Positions 12,593-24,867 are shown, counted from the first letter of the whole stretch. The stretch is DNA of 63,100 nt, filler included, from Rhabdomonas costata (GCA_019059605.1; 23 parts of 23 records of this genome joined end to end with filler, not necessarily neighbours in it); one strand, 5' to 3'. Numbers and translations: made by a program. Notes: generated by a model not told the origin, from the sequence alone.

Positions 12593-13450
12593 CCCCGGAG
12601 GAGTCTCTACTGGACGAGGGAGTGCTGCCCGCGGCGCCCCTGCCGGTGTCCAAGGGCGGAGGAAAGGCAAAGCCCAAGGTCAAGTGGGAGCTCGTCCTGA
12701 AGCGGATGAACGAGAAAAACGAGGCCTTGCGCAGAAAGAGGGCTGCCAAGGAGGTGATGGGGCCTCCTGCCCACTCTTTCCCCCTCCCAACTGTCGCTGC
12801 TTTCATGGAAGCAAGAATTCCCACACCCATTCCAATTGTGAGTTTATTCCCATACTCAATCTGCAACCAGCTCTTTATTCTCAACTGTTCTCAACTTTAA
12901 AAAAAGAATATCCGTAACTTGTTTCCCTTGACCAGGAGATAACAACGGGAGGGGGTTAAGTTGTGAGTTCTGTACATCCATCACTCGCCATCCGTCGGTG
13001 GGGGTGGGGTTTGCCTGAAATCCGTGCCTTGCCGAAGCATGCCACCTCCAGCGGTGGCAGCGCACGCCACAGACATTTGTGTCTGGTGCCTTTTGGCAGC
13101 TCGTGTGCGGATCACAGTCATGACTCGCAACGGTGGGTGGGTGTGGGCAGGGATGCCTTTTCTTTACCTTTTCGTTGTTCTTTCTGATGTCGTTCGTGAT
13201 GCTCTTGGACCCACCCTTCACCCTCTCGTCCAACTGGGGGGAGCAGATGTCTGTGTGGGTGCCTTTTTTCAGAAAGAAGTTATGAACAAACTCCGGGGGA
13301 TCGTGTCGACCGGCCCGAAGCCCAAGAAGACCCCGGAGCAGGAGGCCCAGGAACTCGCTGCCGCCCAGGCCCTTGTGCCAGAATTCCTGCGCCGTATGGA
13401 GGAGGACCAGCTGAAGCGCAAGGAGAAAATCGTGCAGGGCCCCACCCCGG
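12593..13450 (+). CDS. Hypothetical charged/coiled-coil protein, two internal exons
   Basis: AG|12593-12753|GT and AG|13273-~13450|GT join in frame: KPKVKWELVLKRMNEKNEALRRKRAAKE|KEVMNKLRG...EFLRRMEEDQLKRKEK. Codons have high GC at the third position. Confidence 0.6.
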
Positions 13451-13879
13451 GTAATACACATGCCCTATATATGGGTATATGTTCCCATTCCCGACCTCTG
13501 TAACAATAACAAAAAATCGTTGCTGATAAGTGAAAGAACTTTATGCTGGCACACCGGCGAGTCTACAGTTCTTCCTCTTATCAGTATGCAGGTCTGCGTA
13601 AAATGCCAAAAAGGGCCTTGCAAGCCTGTGTTAAGGCAACAAGGGCTCAAACACACANNNNNNNNNNNNNNNNNNNNNNNNNNNNNNNNNNNNNNNNNNN
13701 NTTAATTAATTAANNNNNNNNNNNNNNNNNNNNNNNNNNNNNNNNNNNNNNNNNNNNGAGATTTGTTTCAGCGGGACCTGTTTCATTGAGAAAGGGTATA
13801 CAAAGAACCTTGAAAATGTCATGCAGTCGCTGCCAAAGGGTTTGAGCTCAACAGGCCAAAGACTGGATTCCTGGGGTTG

Positions 13880-15650
13880 AAATTGGCGATGTCAGGATGT
13901 CTAACTTGTGGCAAACCCACGAAAGCCAAAGAAAACTCAAAACTTCTTGGCATTGATGAAACCACACCCAAGTGTCAAACCCAATGCTCAAACCCAGCTC
14001 AATTGGGGTATTCAAAACTCACCACGTTTTGGGTGTTCCACCTCCACACACACAAACACACACACCTCCCAAACAATTTATGCTCAGTTTATGAGTCACA
14101 GTGGCACTGATAGAATGAAGAGCAGAGGATGCTCCGCTGCCCTCTACCAAGAAGCCCAAGCGACAGGTAGAGTTGGGGAGGCAACTTTGTCACAAACCCG
14201 TCATAATGAAGATTTACTGATTGAGCACAAGGTGAAAGGGAGAGGGGGCACTCACCGGTAGACAGTGATGTTTGGATTGGCTCGGCCATTAATGGACCAA
14301 TGCAGGATGTCGCTCGGAGATGAACTCACCGTGAAGTTCTGGCTAACCCCTGGAAAGACAAACAGAGGTCAGCCAGAGGTGTCTGTCCTTGCCCCTGCAG
14401 GGTTGGCAAACAGGGGCCCAGGAGCTGATGAAGCAAATTCGGGTGCATTATCCATTTATTCAGATGCAACTTGCAACAGCATGATATCTACAACCAAAAT
14501 GCGGCTTCGATGGATGGATGGCCATCCACGTCGGGGTACGCTGTATGCTCCTTCTAACCGTAACTGAGCATTCACCAACCCATCTCTCCTCGCACCCCAA
14601 GGAGTGCTGCAGGCCGCTGTAATAAAGATTCTCGATTCCTTCCCCTCTCTTCCAGCAAAAATGAGTCAAACGACAACTGCACCCACCGGCTCCGCGTGTG
14701 GGTGTGGGTGTGGTGTGTGTGCGAGTGTTGAGCGCAGATAAGGCTGGCTGATGCGGAGCCGATGTCTCTGTTCCTCGGATGTCTCGCCACGTCACCACGA
14801 TTCTAAGGCTGGCGCTGCCTCAAGATCAAGTTGCGACGTGCTGCGTGTGGTGTGTATGTCTGCGTGGGGGGAGCTACAAATCTTCCCCGGCTGTCCAGGC
14901 TCGAGCAAGGCGTGAGCGCAACCGGCCACAAAAGATGCACTGCCATCCCAGGCAGTTGAAAAAGAAAGGCAGCAAAGATGAATTGGTTAAGGCGGACAGG
15001 GGCGAGAGTAGTGCAAACCATGGTAGTACGGGTAGGTGATCCTGATTGGGTCGATGAAAAGGTCGTACTGAGAGACAATGAAGCTGATATCCATCTGCAC
15101 ATACGTGGCCTGCCAGGCCGGAGTGTAGGCCACGTCCAGCGAGCTCAGCACTGGCAACGAGACAGGCAGAGGGAGAGGCTAGCAAGGAATGACGGCTAGC
15201 AAAGAATGATGTGTCCAAAGAACAGTGATTCGAACGGCCTTGAGATCGTGCAAGATTTGGTCCCCCACGCTCCCAGGACGCAAAAGTTGAGCAGACAAAT
15301 GATTATGGATGCAAAATACCCAACGGTGAGCCCATTCCCGAGGACTCCACTCACCCCCCTGCTAGCCGATCACATAAATGTCAACGAGATCCCCGTTAAA
15401 TCGGAAGGCATACAGAATTCCCAACTAGGTACACGACAAACCTGAGCACCCCTTCACCACGTTAACCGGGCTGGTTGTCAGGGAGAATGCACCAATGGTC
15501 ATCACAAAGGGCCCAATCTGTGTAAGCGAAGGACAAGTATGCAAATGGAAGACTACATTGTTTCACAAGCCCTTTACAGTCGGTGAAAAACTAACAGGCT
15601 GCAGCACGTTGAAGGCAACTACATAATTATCATGCAGCACACCGCGATTG
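13880..15650 (+). mobile_element. Possible decayed tyrosine-recombinase retroelement (TATE/VIPER-like)
   Basis: Intron-free coding-like sequence broken by stops and frameshifts. LTVKFWLTPGKTNRGQP and GHPRRGTL resemble YR motifs (v.f..GKt; HS.RRG.l). The match is weak. Confidence 0.3.
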
Positions 15651-16506
15651 CCTGTCGAAGAAAACGGTGAGTGTGAAACTCCAATAAAAAAGTAGCTCCG
15701 TCTTTAAACAAGGCCAACTTATGATGGTGTTGCAGAGAAAAGTGGCAAAATAAAAAGGATGACCTGGGCACAGGTCGAGGGCATCGAAATACCACCCATG
15801 AGGATCTGGGTCTGCCCCGGGGGAACATAGATGTCACTGGAGGTCTGGAAAAAAAACAATTAACAAAATGGATGTTGCGCTGGGCCCAAGGAACGGGAAC
15901 GCACACATACACACACCAGATCCAAATGCAAAACAATTCACCCCCCCCCTCCTCGGAAAAAAGCACAGGTGTCCTTTCCTTTTGCGTTTCGATGCAGGAC
16001 CAAATCCAACCAAAGGGAGCATGGTTCTCATCTTGACACCCTTCAGCCGAATCGTAATGCATAATACTGGATCCCATATGCGGTGAGAAACCGACGTTGC
16101 GCCGCTGCAAAAGCTATTTTCCCAGTGCAGACGGCAGGCAACAGAGAATCAAGATGAGGGGAAAAGGGAAACAACCTGCTGCATCTGGTTGACACCTGTC
16201 AGCGCGAAGCTGATTGTTCCCGTGGTGTCATTGGCAGCAAATGATGTGTACTGCGAGGAAACCACAAAAACAAGAAAAGCAGGGTGTTTTTTTGTTGCTG
16301 CCCACTCTGCATTCATTGTCACAAAACAGCAAGCCCAACATTCGAAACAAGAGACCGCATCCTCGTGGAGTCTAAGAGTAAGAGTGCTCCAAAGACCCCC
16401 ACCCCCNNNNNNNNNNNNNNNNNNNNNNNNNNNNNNNNNNNNNNNNNNNNTTAATTAATTAANNNNNNNNNNNNNNNNNNNNNNNNNNNNNNNNNNNNNN
16501 NNNNNN

Positions 16507-19156
16507 TTTTGGTGGTACCCTGGGTGGAGGTATGGCTTTTCCCTGCCTGTCGGATGTGGTGCTTGCCTATTCAAACAGCACCTTCGGGTTCCCCGAGGTT
16601 CGACGAGGCCTTCTTCCAGGGTACTTCCATGACAAACACATATCACTGGACGGGGATGCACACTGATCTTCTCACAAACCTGGCGATACAAATCCAAATG
16701 CTCCCATTGAGGCGCACCCTGAGAAAGGTCAGCTCCTGTACAGAAGTTTGGTCCTGTGGCGGTGAAAACCAAAATCTTCAGCTTTTCTGTTGCAGACAGT
16801 ATCCCCTGAAGCATTGGTTGGGAAAGTGCGTTGTTGTGCTTCTCTCGCACAAATAAGATTCTGATGTGATCCTCCAGCTCCGAAATAACGAGGTCGCCTT
16901 CACCACAACTATCATTAACAAGAGCCATCGGCAAAGTTGGAAGGTCGTTTGGTACTGCAAAGCAGATTTCCTGCTCAAGGCTTTCTTCACAAAGACGTGC
17001 GTCTGTGACAACACAGCGGTGTGATCTGACAAAGGCTTTGAGTTGGGACCGGGGAACCCTTGCAATCCCCTCTGCGAGTTGCATCACACCGCGGTGAAGC
17101 TCGTCTTTGTCTAAGTAAGTCTTTTGAGCAATACCACGCCTCTCGGCTTCAATGCCACTCATGGCGCCCGCGTGCAAATAGATGTCGCAGCTCGTGGACC
17201 AGCCCACTGTGGCAGGAAGAGTGAGAGTGGTAGCCATACCTGGAGAAATTCCGTGACCACAAAAGGCGAGGTCGAAAACGGCATCTTGAGAACAACCTCT
17301 CCAGTCCGTCAGCATGGCCAGAGCAAAACCTCCACCAATAGCTCTCCCGTTTACAGCACAAAGGACTGGAAACGGCAAAGTCCGCACTACTGCAAGTGAG
17401 CGGAAGGTGTGGAACATCATCTGAGAAACTTCCCCAGCAGCGGGTCGCTGCCGCCGAAGTCGACGGAAGAGAGAGGGATTTGCTCCGATGCAAAAGTGCG
17501 CCTCCCCACTGCGAACAACGAGGCAACGCACCGTCTCGTTACCGTGAAGTGCTTTCACGCACACGGCAAACTCCGACATCATATCAACGTCTTCTTTTCC
17601 ATCAGAAACACTACCCTCGAGAACGTTGAAGCCATCCGCGCTGATAAGTTCAATAATAACCACACCATTAGGCTGGATTTCCAACCGAACACGTCGGAAA
17701 GGGCCATTTGCAGAAGGCACAAGATGCGTGACGCTAGGGCAGAGAACTTGAAGCATAATGCTTAGCGCGTGGGACCAGCTCTGGGCCGGAAGAGACACCT
17801 TGCATTGTTTAAGCAACTCCGGAGACGTAACTTGAAACCGGTGAAACACTTGAGACAGTTTTACCACACCCAAGACGTCATCGAAGATGCCAAGAGCGCG
17901 ACCCTCAGAAGCAGTCATACGTTGGTCCCCACGGCCGCCCAGCAAAGTAACGGTCATCCGGCGGAGACGGCGAAGGAGGAGCCATTCCAGAGCAGCAATA
18001 TCCAACGAAGCGGGGAAAAATGGTGGTCGAAGAATGCAATTGGGGTGACTGAGAGAGACATCCGCTGCGCAGAGTAGACAGCAAGCAAGCCCGGACACCT
18101 CTTTCTCGCAGTAAACCACAACAGGTTGTTCCACAGAGGACAAAAGGCTCACAAATCGCATAAAAGCAGACGATTCAGCAGCAGGAAAAAGCTCCGCATT
18201 GTCAAGATGAAGATACACCGCTTTGCAGGGATCCAGTGAAAGGCAAAGGGTCTTGAAAAGGCTGGGCTTAATTATTTCTCCTGTCAGCTTGATATGAGTG
18301 TACGTTGAAGTTGACTCAAAGCTGGCAGCTTCGTATACGAAAGAGATGGGGGGCGAAGAATTGGATTCCTTTGTCAGCCCAGAGCTTAGTACTGCGGGTG
18401 AGGAAAGGCCCTCTGGACCAGGTGAACGCTCAAACTTCACATTTCGAACCGCTATCACCCCACGGAAAGTTAGAGCAATCTCGCCGCTGTCGTCATAAAG
18501 CAGAATGTCACCCTCAACCTCACCCTCGCGCTGGTGCTTTGGATCGAGGAGAACATGGGCAACCATTACCCTGGTCGCGCTGCGGTAAACATTGGCCTTC
18601 GCCATCTTTACCGGCACAGTGAACTTGAGCTGAGCGAACTGATGTAGCTGCGGTGCCATCAGTAGCTGAAAGGCGCCATCAATCAGCCCTGGATGAATGT
18701 CGAATTCATTCCACGTATCTGGGGCGCGAAGCCAACCGACAGCTTCCCACTGAGAAACCTTCACAGAAGTGACAGTTCGAAACTCTGGGCCGTAGGACAG
18801 ACCGATTCGGGAGAATTGTGCGTACAGCTCCTCGCCTGAAATCGAGGTCGAGCATCGAAGTAGAGTCTCCGGTAACAAACCACCTGTGGGGCGAGAAGGA
18901 GCAGCATGCACCTTAGCCGTGGCATGTACTGTGGTCTTTCCAGAATCAGTTTCGTCCAGGCTGCAAAAAAACGCAGAACTTCCGCTAAAGTAAGTCCGAA
19001 CAACCGTAGGTACAGAAGGTGACATCCTGTAATCATGCAAGATGAGTGCTCGCTCAATTACAACATCATGCAGACATGTGGTCAAAGCGAGAGTTGTGTC
19101 TGAATCCCGACGTCGCAGGGTTGCCAAGAGCATTTCCAGTATAGCGCCAACAAAAA
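16507..19156 (-). CDS. Type I polyketide synthase fragment: dehydratase followed by three enoyl-CoA hydratase/crotonase domains
   Basis: The frame is open across the whole contig with no intron. DH: LYAQFSRIGLSYGPEFR, HPGLIDGAFQ. ECH1 is degenerate (PVVVYC..VSG..CAAD). ECH2: HFCIGAN, PVLCAVNGRAIGGG, GISPGM. ECH3: NFCTGADL, PVICVCHG, continued on the inverted end as TLGGGMAF...FGFPEVRRGLLPG. Confidence 0.9.
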
Positions 19157-19309
19157 NNNNNNNNNNNNNNNNNNNNNNNNNNNNNNNNNNNNNNNNNNNN
19201 TTAATTAATTAANNNNNNNNNNNNNNNNNNNNNNNNNNNNNNNNNNNNNNNNNNNNTGTGATGGGTGTGATTGGTTGTTTTTGGAGTAAGGTATGCCATG
19301 CCATTGCAT

Positions 19310-19650
19310 GCATGATGACACCATTAAAACTTTGTACCTTCAATGTAACGTCATCATGCGTGCAATGGCATGGCATACCTTACTCCTAAAACGAACATCA
19401 TTCACAGGATACAGTGCCATTCCGGCTCCCCTGGAATCGGCCCCATGATGACCACCTTGATTCAGGAAATGGGACTGTTCTGCGGGTGCCTCCCCTACAG
19501 CCAAGATGCAAAGGAGGGCTGGCACCACGCGTTGACCAACGCGGAGGGGTGCCTCACAAACAGACCCCAAACCGACGTTCGAGTAAATGCAGCAAGAAGA
19601 CACATGATACGTTCTGTACCACAAGCAACCAAGAATCTACAGCAGTTCCG
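19310..19650 (+). mobile_element. Decayed apurinic-like endonuclease N-terminus of a non-LTR retrotransposon
   Basis: TPLKLCTFNVTS followed in another frame by TLIQEMG resembles the APE motifs (i.twNv.g; lQE). The sequence is frameshifted. Confidence 0.35.
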
Positions 19651-19804
19651 ATTCTATTCAGTTTCTGAGGAAAGCAAGAACTCTCTTGGATAGCGGCCTG
19701 CAGACGCCTTCCTCTGCGTGGTCCCGCTCGATTGCCTCGGCGTAGCCTGAGAAAGCAGCAGCAGCAGCATCAGTGAGAACAGCAGCCGCAACGAGCTGCT
19801 TTGC

Positions 19805-20922
19805 TCCGAGCTCCGTGAGCTCCTCGTCGGAGTCGTTGACCCCGGGAACAAGAAGAGTAGTCACCTCGACATGCACCCCGGCCTTCACCATCGTCTTGAT
19901 TCTCAGCTTGATTGGCGACAGGTGAAGCCCTGTGCAAGGGGGGGGGGTTGACACCCAAAATACTGAATGTCATCTTATGAGAGAGATTTTTCCTTGGGGC
20001 TGACATTTAGTGTAAAAATGTTCATATGAAATGTCTGTGAGATGTCGCATTTGAACAGCATGATCGGTTGCAAACATCTTCGCATCAGCGCAATGCAGTG
20101 GCCCTACTTTAACTTTTGGCACTGTTGTTTCTGCTAACTTTTTGGCATTGCCTGTGCCAAAGGAAGAGCTATTACTGCACAAAATCCAGTTATGTCCTGC
20201 AACTGGCATGACTCCCGAAAAGTTTGAGGGGAGGAAGACAATGGCTGAAAAATGCCGAGTGGCACATTCCTTTATTTCTGGATGCTTCACTTGAGGGAAG
20301 GGAAATCATAAACGCAAATATTTGATGAACGGGCAATGCGGCACCGCTGACATCTGCTGGGAATTTATTGGCCATTTATTGATAAAAAGTAACAATAACG
20401 TATTTTCTTAAATTAACATGCTCCATAAGACTTCCAACTGACGTGCCCCATTAAGAAGCCCATTTTCACATACGCTCGTTTCTTGACGTTACACCTTTTA
20501 AGGTGCTGCTGGCTTTGCGGACCTGCTCGTTGATACAAAAACACACGCATCCGATGAGAATAACACCGATTGCCAACCAAGGTTTTAGGAGACAGGAATC
20601 ATATACGAGGTGAAAGGATTCCGCGTGTCCTGCAAGTACTGTACCCGATTTGGCGCCCGGCCCATATCCACACGTCACAAGGGCAAGTCTCAAAATCATT
20701 CCAGACAAAAGTTGGGATGCGCGCTCTGAAATAAGTACGCAACCACGCACACACGCAACCACACATACCGGTGAACTCCGAGTAGGTCTCCTCGCGGTAG
20801 GACTTCAGGTCCACATTTGCGGCGTCAAGGTGAGGCATCACCAGCTTCAAAGCCTCCCCAGACATGTACCCGTTGGTCACCAGCACCGTTAACAGACCAC
20901 TCGCCTTGGCAAGCTTGAAGGT
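19805..20922 (-). CDS. amrS: AmmeMemoRadiSam-system radical SAM enzyme (AmrS-like), two internal exons
   Basis: Exons 20922-20769 and 19929-~19805 are joined by a phase-1 GT-AG intron: TFKLAKASGLLTVLVTNGYMSGEALKLVMPHLDAANVDLKSYREETYSEFTG-LHLSPIKLRIKTMVKAGVHVEVTTLLVPGVNDSDEELTEL. The CxxxCxxC exon is not seen on this contig. Confidence 0.85.
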
Positions 20923-21464
20923 CTGCCACGAAAAAGGAATCCGAACGAGTCATGTGAAGCCGAACCTTAGCCACCGCCCTCGCCATCACTGAGGCTATTC
21001 ACAGGCACAACGAAGCTGTGAAGGGGGGGGGGGGAGCAGTGACTGAGCAGCTCATCTGTGAGTTTCCTTTGCCCTTTGCAATAAGTCATAAACCAGATGG
21101 AAGATGCAACTTCCTTACACTCTTCAAGTGTAAAATGCAAACGAGTTTCGAATACATTGAAAAAGCTAATTAATTCGCAAAAAATCAGAATAGCAAACGC
21201 TGAGGAAAATTCGCCCCACCGCATTTTTACTTGCAAACTCTCCACGTTGAATATCTTGATTTTTTATCATGCAAATCACGTTTTGAGTATGACAGCATTC
21301 AAAACGGTTTTCTTGCAAGGGATGATTTGTAATTGTGCGAGTAAAGCTGTTTAAAATTTATTGAAAATGTCATTTAAAGTACATGCAGGCGCAAAGGCAA
21401 GCTTGCTCGAGCACCGGCACGTTGCACATTCGAGTCCTCACCGTCAAGTGCAGAAAATGGGAAG

Positions 21465-21896
21465 GTCCGTAGCTGCCTGTCTGCCTGCCGTGTGACCCAT
21501 CTTCTTCGAGCCCCTTTCGTTCGACAGTGGAGCCTCTCTGGCAGACCAGGCGAGGCGGGCCATCAAAGATTTTCTGAATGGCGTGGTCGGGGCACCTCTG
21601 TCGGAACAGCAGTGGGCACTCGCCAGTCTTCCTACCCGCTTGGGTGGCCTGGGCGTATTGGACCCTTCTTCTGTGCAGCCGGCTGCGCATCTTTCCTCTT
21701 TCCTGTCGACGTCGTTGGAAGCAATCACATTCCGCCTTCCTCAGCTGGACGTCAGTCACGGTCAGTTAATAGCCCTTGCTCAGTTGACACCTTCGGCACG
21801 CGCGTGGACCGAAGCCCTGCGCCCATTTCTCGAAGTGGGTCTTCCGTTGAGCGCAGAAGTCGGTGCTCACCCCGAGTTTGAACGCTGGTGCGAGCA
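21465..21896 (+). mobile_element. CRE/SLACS-type non-LTR retrotransposon fragment (post-RT region), frameshifted
   Basis: VRSCLSACRVTHLLRAP, a frameshift near 21511, then QWALASLPTRLGGLGVLDP...AAHLSS. This matches the CRE-clade LP.r.GGLG block. Confidence 0.7.
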
Positions 21897-21996
21897 NNNN
21901 NNNNNNNNNNNNNNNNNNNNNNNNNNNNNNNNNNNNNNNNTTAATTAATTAANNNNNNNNNNNNNNNNNNNNNNNNNNNNNNNNNNNNNNNNNNNN

Positions 21997-22560
21997 TGTG
22001 TGTGGTGGTGCCTGCTGTCTCGATGCCTTCTGTGTCTGTCGCGATGCCTTCTGTGTGTACGCGCTCTCTGTCTCAGGGTCTGTCTCATGGTCTGTATCAA
22101 CCATGCTCTCTTGCTTCGTAACCATGCTCTCTGTAACCATGCTCACTCTGTCTCTGTTTCTGCTATTGTGTTGGTTGGTTGGTGCGTAGGGTGTGATGTT
22201 GGGGCTAGCGGTGTGGATGTGCCTGGTGCTTGCTGTTACGGTCCCTGTTGTTGATGCTGGTTCTGCCTCCGTTCCTTCTGTGTGCCTCCAACCCTGCTCT
22301 CACCTACCATGCTCTCTGGTTTCTGTTAGTGTCACTATTGCTGTTGCTGTAGAGGGGTTGTGTTCTGATGTCAAGCTTAGTGTGGTGGTGCCTGCTGTCT
22401 CGATGCCTTCTGTGTCTGTCGCGATGCCTTCTGTGTGTACGCCTTCTGTGTCGATGTCTGTACCTTCTGTGTCTACGTCTCAGCCTTCATGTCTTACGGT
22501 GCCTGTTTCTACGCCTTCCGTCTCTGTTGCTATGCCTTCTGTTACCAGTGCTTGTCCTGT
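21997..22560. repeat. Degenerate 21-nt minisatellite with a ~63-nt exact direct duplication
   Basis: The unit ~CGATGCCTTCTGTGTCTGTCG repeats (SMPSVSV on +, TDTEGIA on -). About 22000-22062 is identical to about 22380-22442. Confidence 0.8.
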
Positions 22561-24249
22561 GCTTGTTGTTGCTGATGGTGGTGTGAGGGATGCGTGGATT
22601 TCTGACGACGTGGAATTCTGGGGTCATGGTTGCTGGTGGTGATGCTGATGTGTGTAAGGACTGTACTCTGTTGATGTGTGACGTTGATGGTAGGGTGTGT
22701 TTTGAGGGTGCGTGGAATTCGAGGGTCAGGATTTCTGGGTCCAGGGTGTCAGGATGTTGTTACCAGTGCAATTTTGCTCACCAGCTTCGTGGTTTTGCAT
22801 GTGTCACAGCTTCTTAGAACCTCCGAGTCCTGAACATGAAAGAGACAGAATGAGCTCTACCTACCGTGATTGCAAAAAAATGTGCAAGTCGCTGCGCTTA
22901 AGTCGCCGCGAATCCACGCTTCGACACTACGAGCATTATTGAGACCGTGACATTATTGACAGGATCAGTGACTCAGAAAGCAACCGCAATCGCAACCAAG
23001 ACTTGGAGCGAGAGAGTGATAGAGTAAGAGACAGCAGTGAAACGCCACCATGCAGAGACGCCGACGGACGTACCCCGCCACTTGAACAGTACTAACACGA
23101 TCCCTCTTCTACTTTATGATACCGCCGAAAATGCAGGCCATTCCACAGGGTAAACCAACAAAACCACAATTCCCAGACATCCAGCGCAAGAGCCCACCTG
23201 CCGCGCATGTGGTTTGGTAGGCAATTTCATAGATAATGTCTAGAGATGAGGATGAAGTAGTCTAGAATACTTGAGAAACGTAAAGTTTTGGTGTATGGGC
23301 AATGTGGTAATGTAGAAGGACGAAATTGAGAGGTTAAACTGTGGCTCGAGATGCGATGGGCTCCTGTTCACCGAGTAACGTGCGAGCCCTAATCACCTAT
23401 AATGTTGGAGAGTGTAGTGATATGAACTGTGGAGAGTCACACACAACGTTTTGTTAGTTAACCATTACAAGTACCGGAGATGTTTCAGTGTTGAACCAGT
23501 CTTCAGGCACACCCATTGTCATTGTCTAACGGTGAGTTGCCTCCAACACGTTTCCTGCTTCCTTTCGTATGTTGCTCATTGCACAGTCGTCGTGTTAGTG
23601 AGATGCAGTTGTTAATATATTACCATGTGTGAGTCGGAAAGAATACACACCAAAAACGAGGTAAAATATGATGGAAATCTACACACAGCACATTCATCAA
23701 CTGGAAGTCGTAAGTCTCAACTCAGACACCATTTTTCTTCCAAAAACACACGTTTGTGAGAACCGACGTTGCAGCACTCATCAGACCCCCCAGTAGCGTG
23801 TGCTTTGTAGCTGTGATCACATCCGGAATGCCAGCCGTAGTCTCAGACGGTTGAATTACACGCAGATCTTCGTTGGGTCAAGCCAATATTGCTGCAGTAT
23901 TTCCGGGATTTAGAGTCATCGGATGAAGTTCAAAGCCGAGCCAGAGGCTTACTGCATTGTAGCCCTCTAAAGACACCCAGACATAATTCCATGCCCTTAT
24001 GAATTCATGTGCTTTGGACTGTTTTATAAGGTAAAACGTGGTTATGAGCTCCAGATACCGAGGAAAAGACTTAACCACCTCATTTAAGTCCGAGTGGACA
24101 ATGACCTACGTCCTGGTGTCGGTGTTGCTCGGCACAATTCAGAGGTATAGTGAAACCCATTCCTGTTGTGCTTGGATACACCCTCCTTCACCTATATTTG
24201 GATTCAGATTCAGATTCAGATTGTTCAGATTTTCCGCAGAGAAAACGCA

Positions 24250-24640
24250 CGCGTAATTTAAGCACTACCTTTAACCGATCTATTCCGCATAATTGGAAGG
24301 CTTGAGTGATACCATGTGACGACGCTTCAGCTGTCACATAACTCCGGCCAAACCACAGCGCACAGAAGTGCTTAATTTTGGCAGCGATATTATCGGGATA
24401 CCGTGGTTTACCGGACACCGTTGTGGCAAAAACACCCAGTACAACCATTGACTCAGTTTCCACAGCAACCTCTACCAATGTTCAAGACTACTGGATAGTT
24501 ACATAACCGCAGTATATCGCACATAAATTGACTACACTCCAGCTGTATTGAGTTCTTACCTATAAAATACTTCATAAGAATTCACAACACCAGCTGTCAG
24601 CACCTTCACCAGTGGTTCAGTCATACCCACTTAAGATAAA
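24250..24640 (-). mobile_element. Decayed pogo/Tigger-like DDE transposase C-terminus
   Basis: GMTEPLVKVLTAGVVNSYEVFYR* (resembles T..lQplD.gv..sfK..yr), then TVSGKPRYP...W...ITQAFQLCGI. Stops are present. Confidence 0.45.
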
Positions 24641-24867
24641 AACGTTGNNNNNNNNNNNNNNNNNNNNNNNNNNNNNNNNNNNNNNNNNNNNTTAATTAAT
24701 TAANNNNNNNNNNNNNNNNNNNNNNNNNNNNNNNNNNNNNNNNNNNNGTGTGGTATGCCATGACAGCTGAAATTTCGGATTGTTAATCGGGGGGGGGGGC
24801 TTGTGCCTCGGAGAGTGAGGGGATTTTGCTGCGTTTTCACTCTGCGTGCTTTTAATTGTTGCTAAAG

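Noticed and set aside
16507-20922. PKS plus radical SAM as a biosynthetic gene cluster
   Set aside because: The two genes lie on different contigs and are adjacent only because of size sorting.
23885-23950. tRNA-like segment (GGATTTAGAGTC...GTTCAAA)
   Set aside because: No complete cloverleaf could be built.
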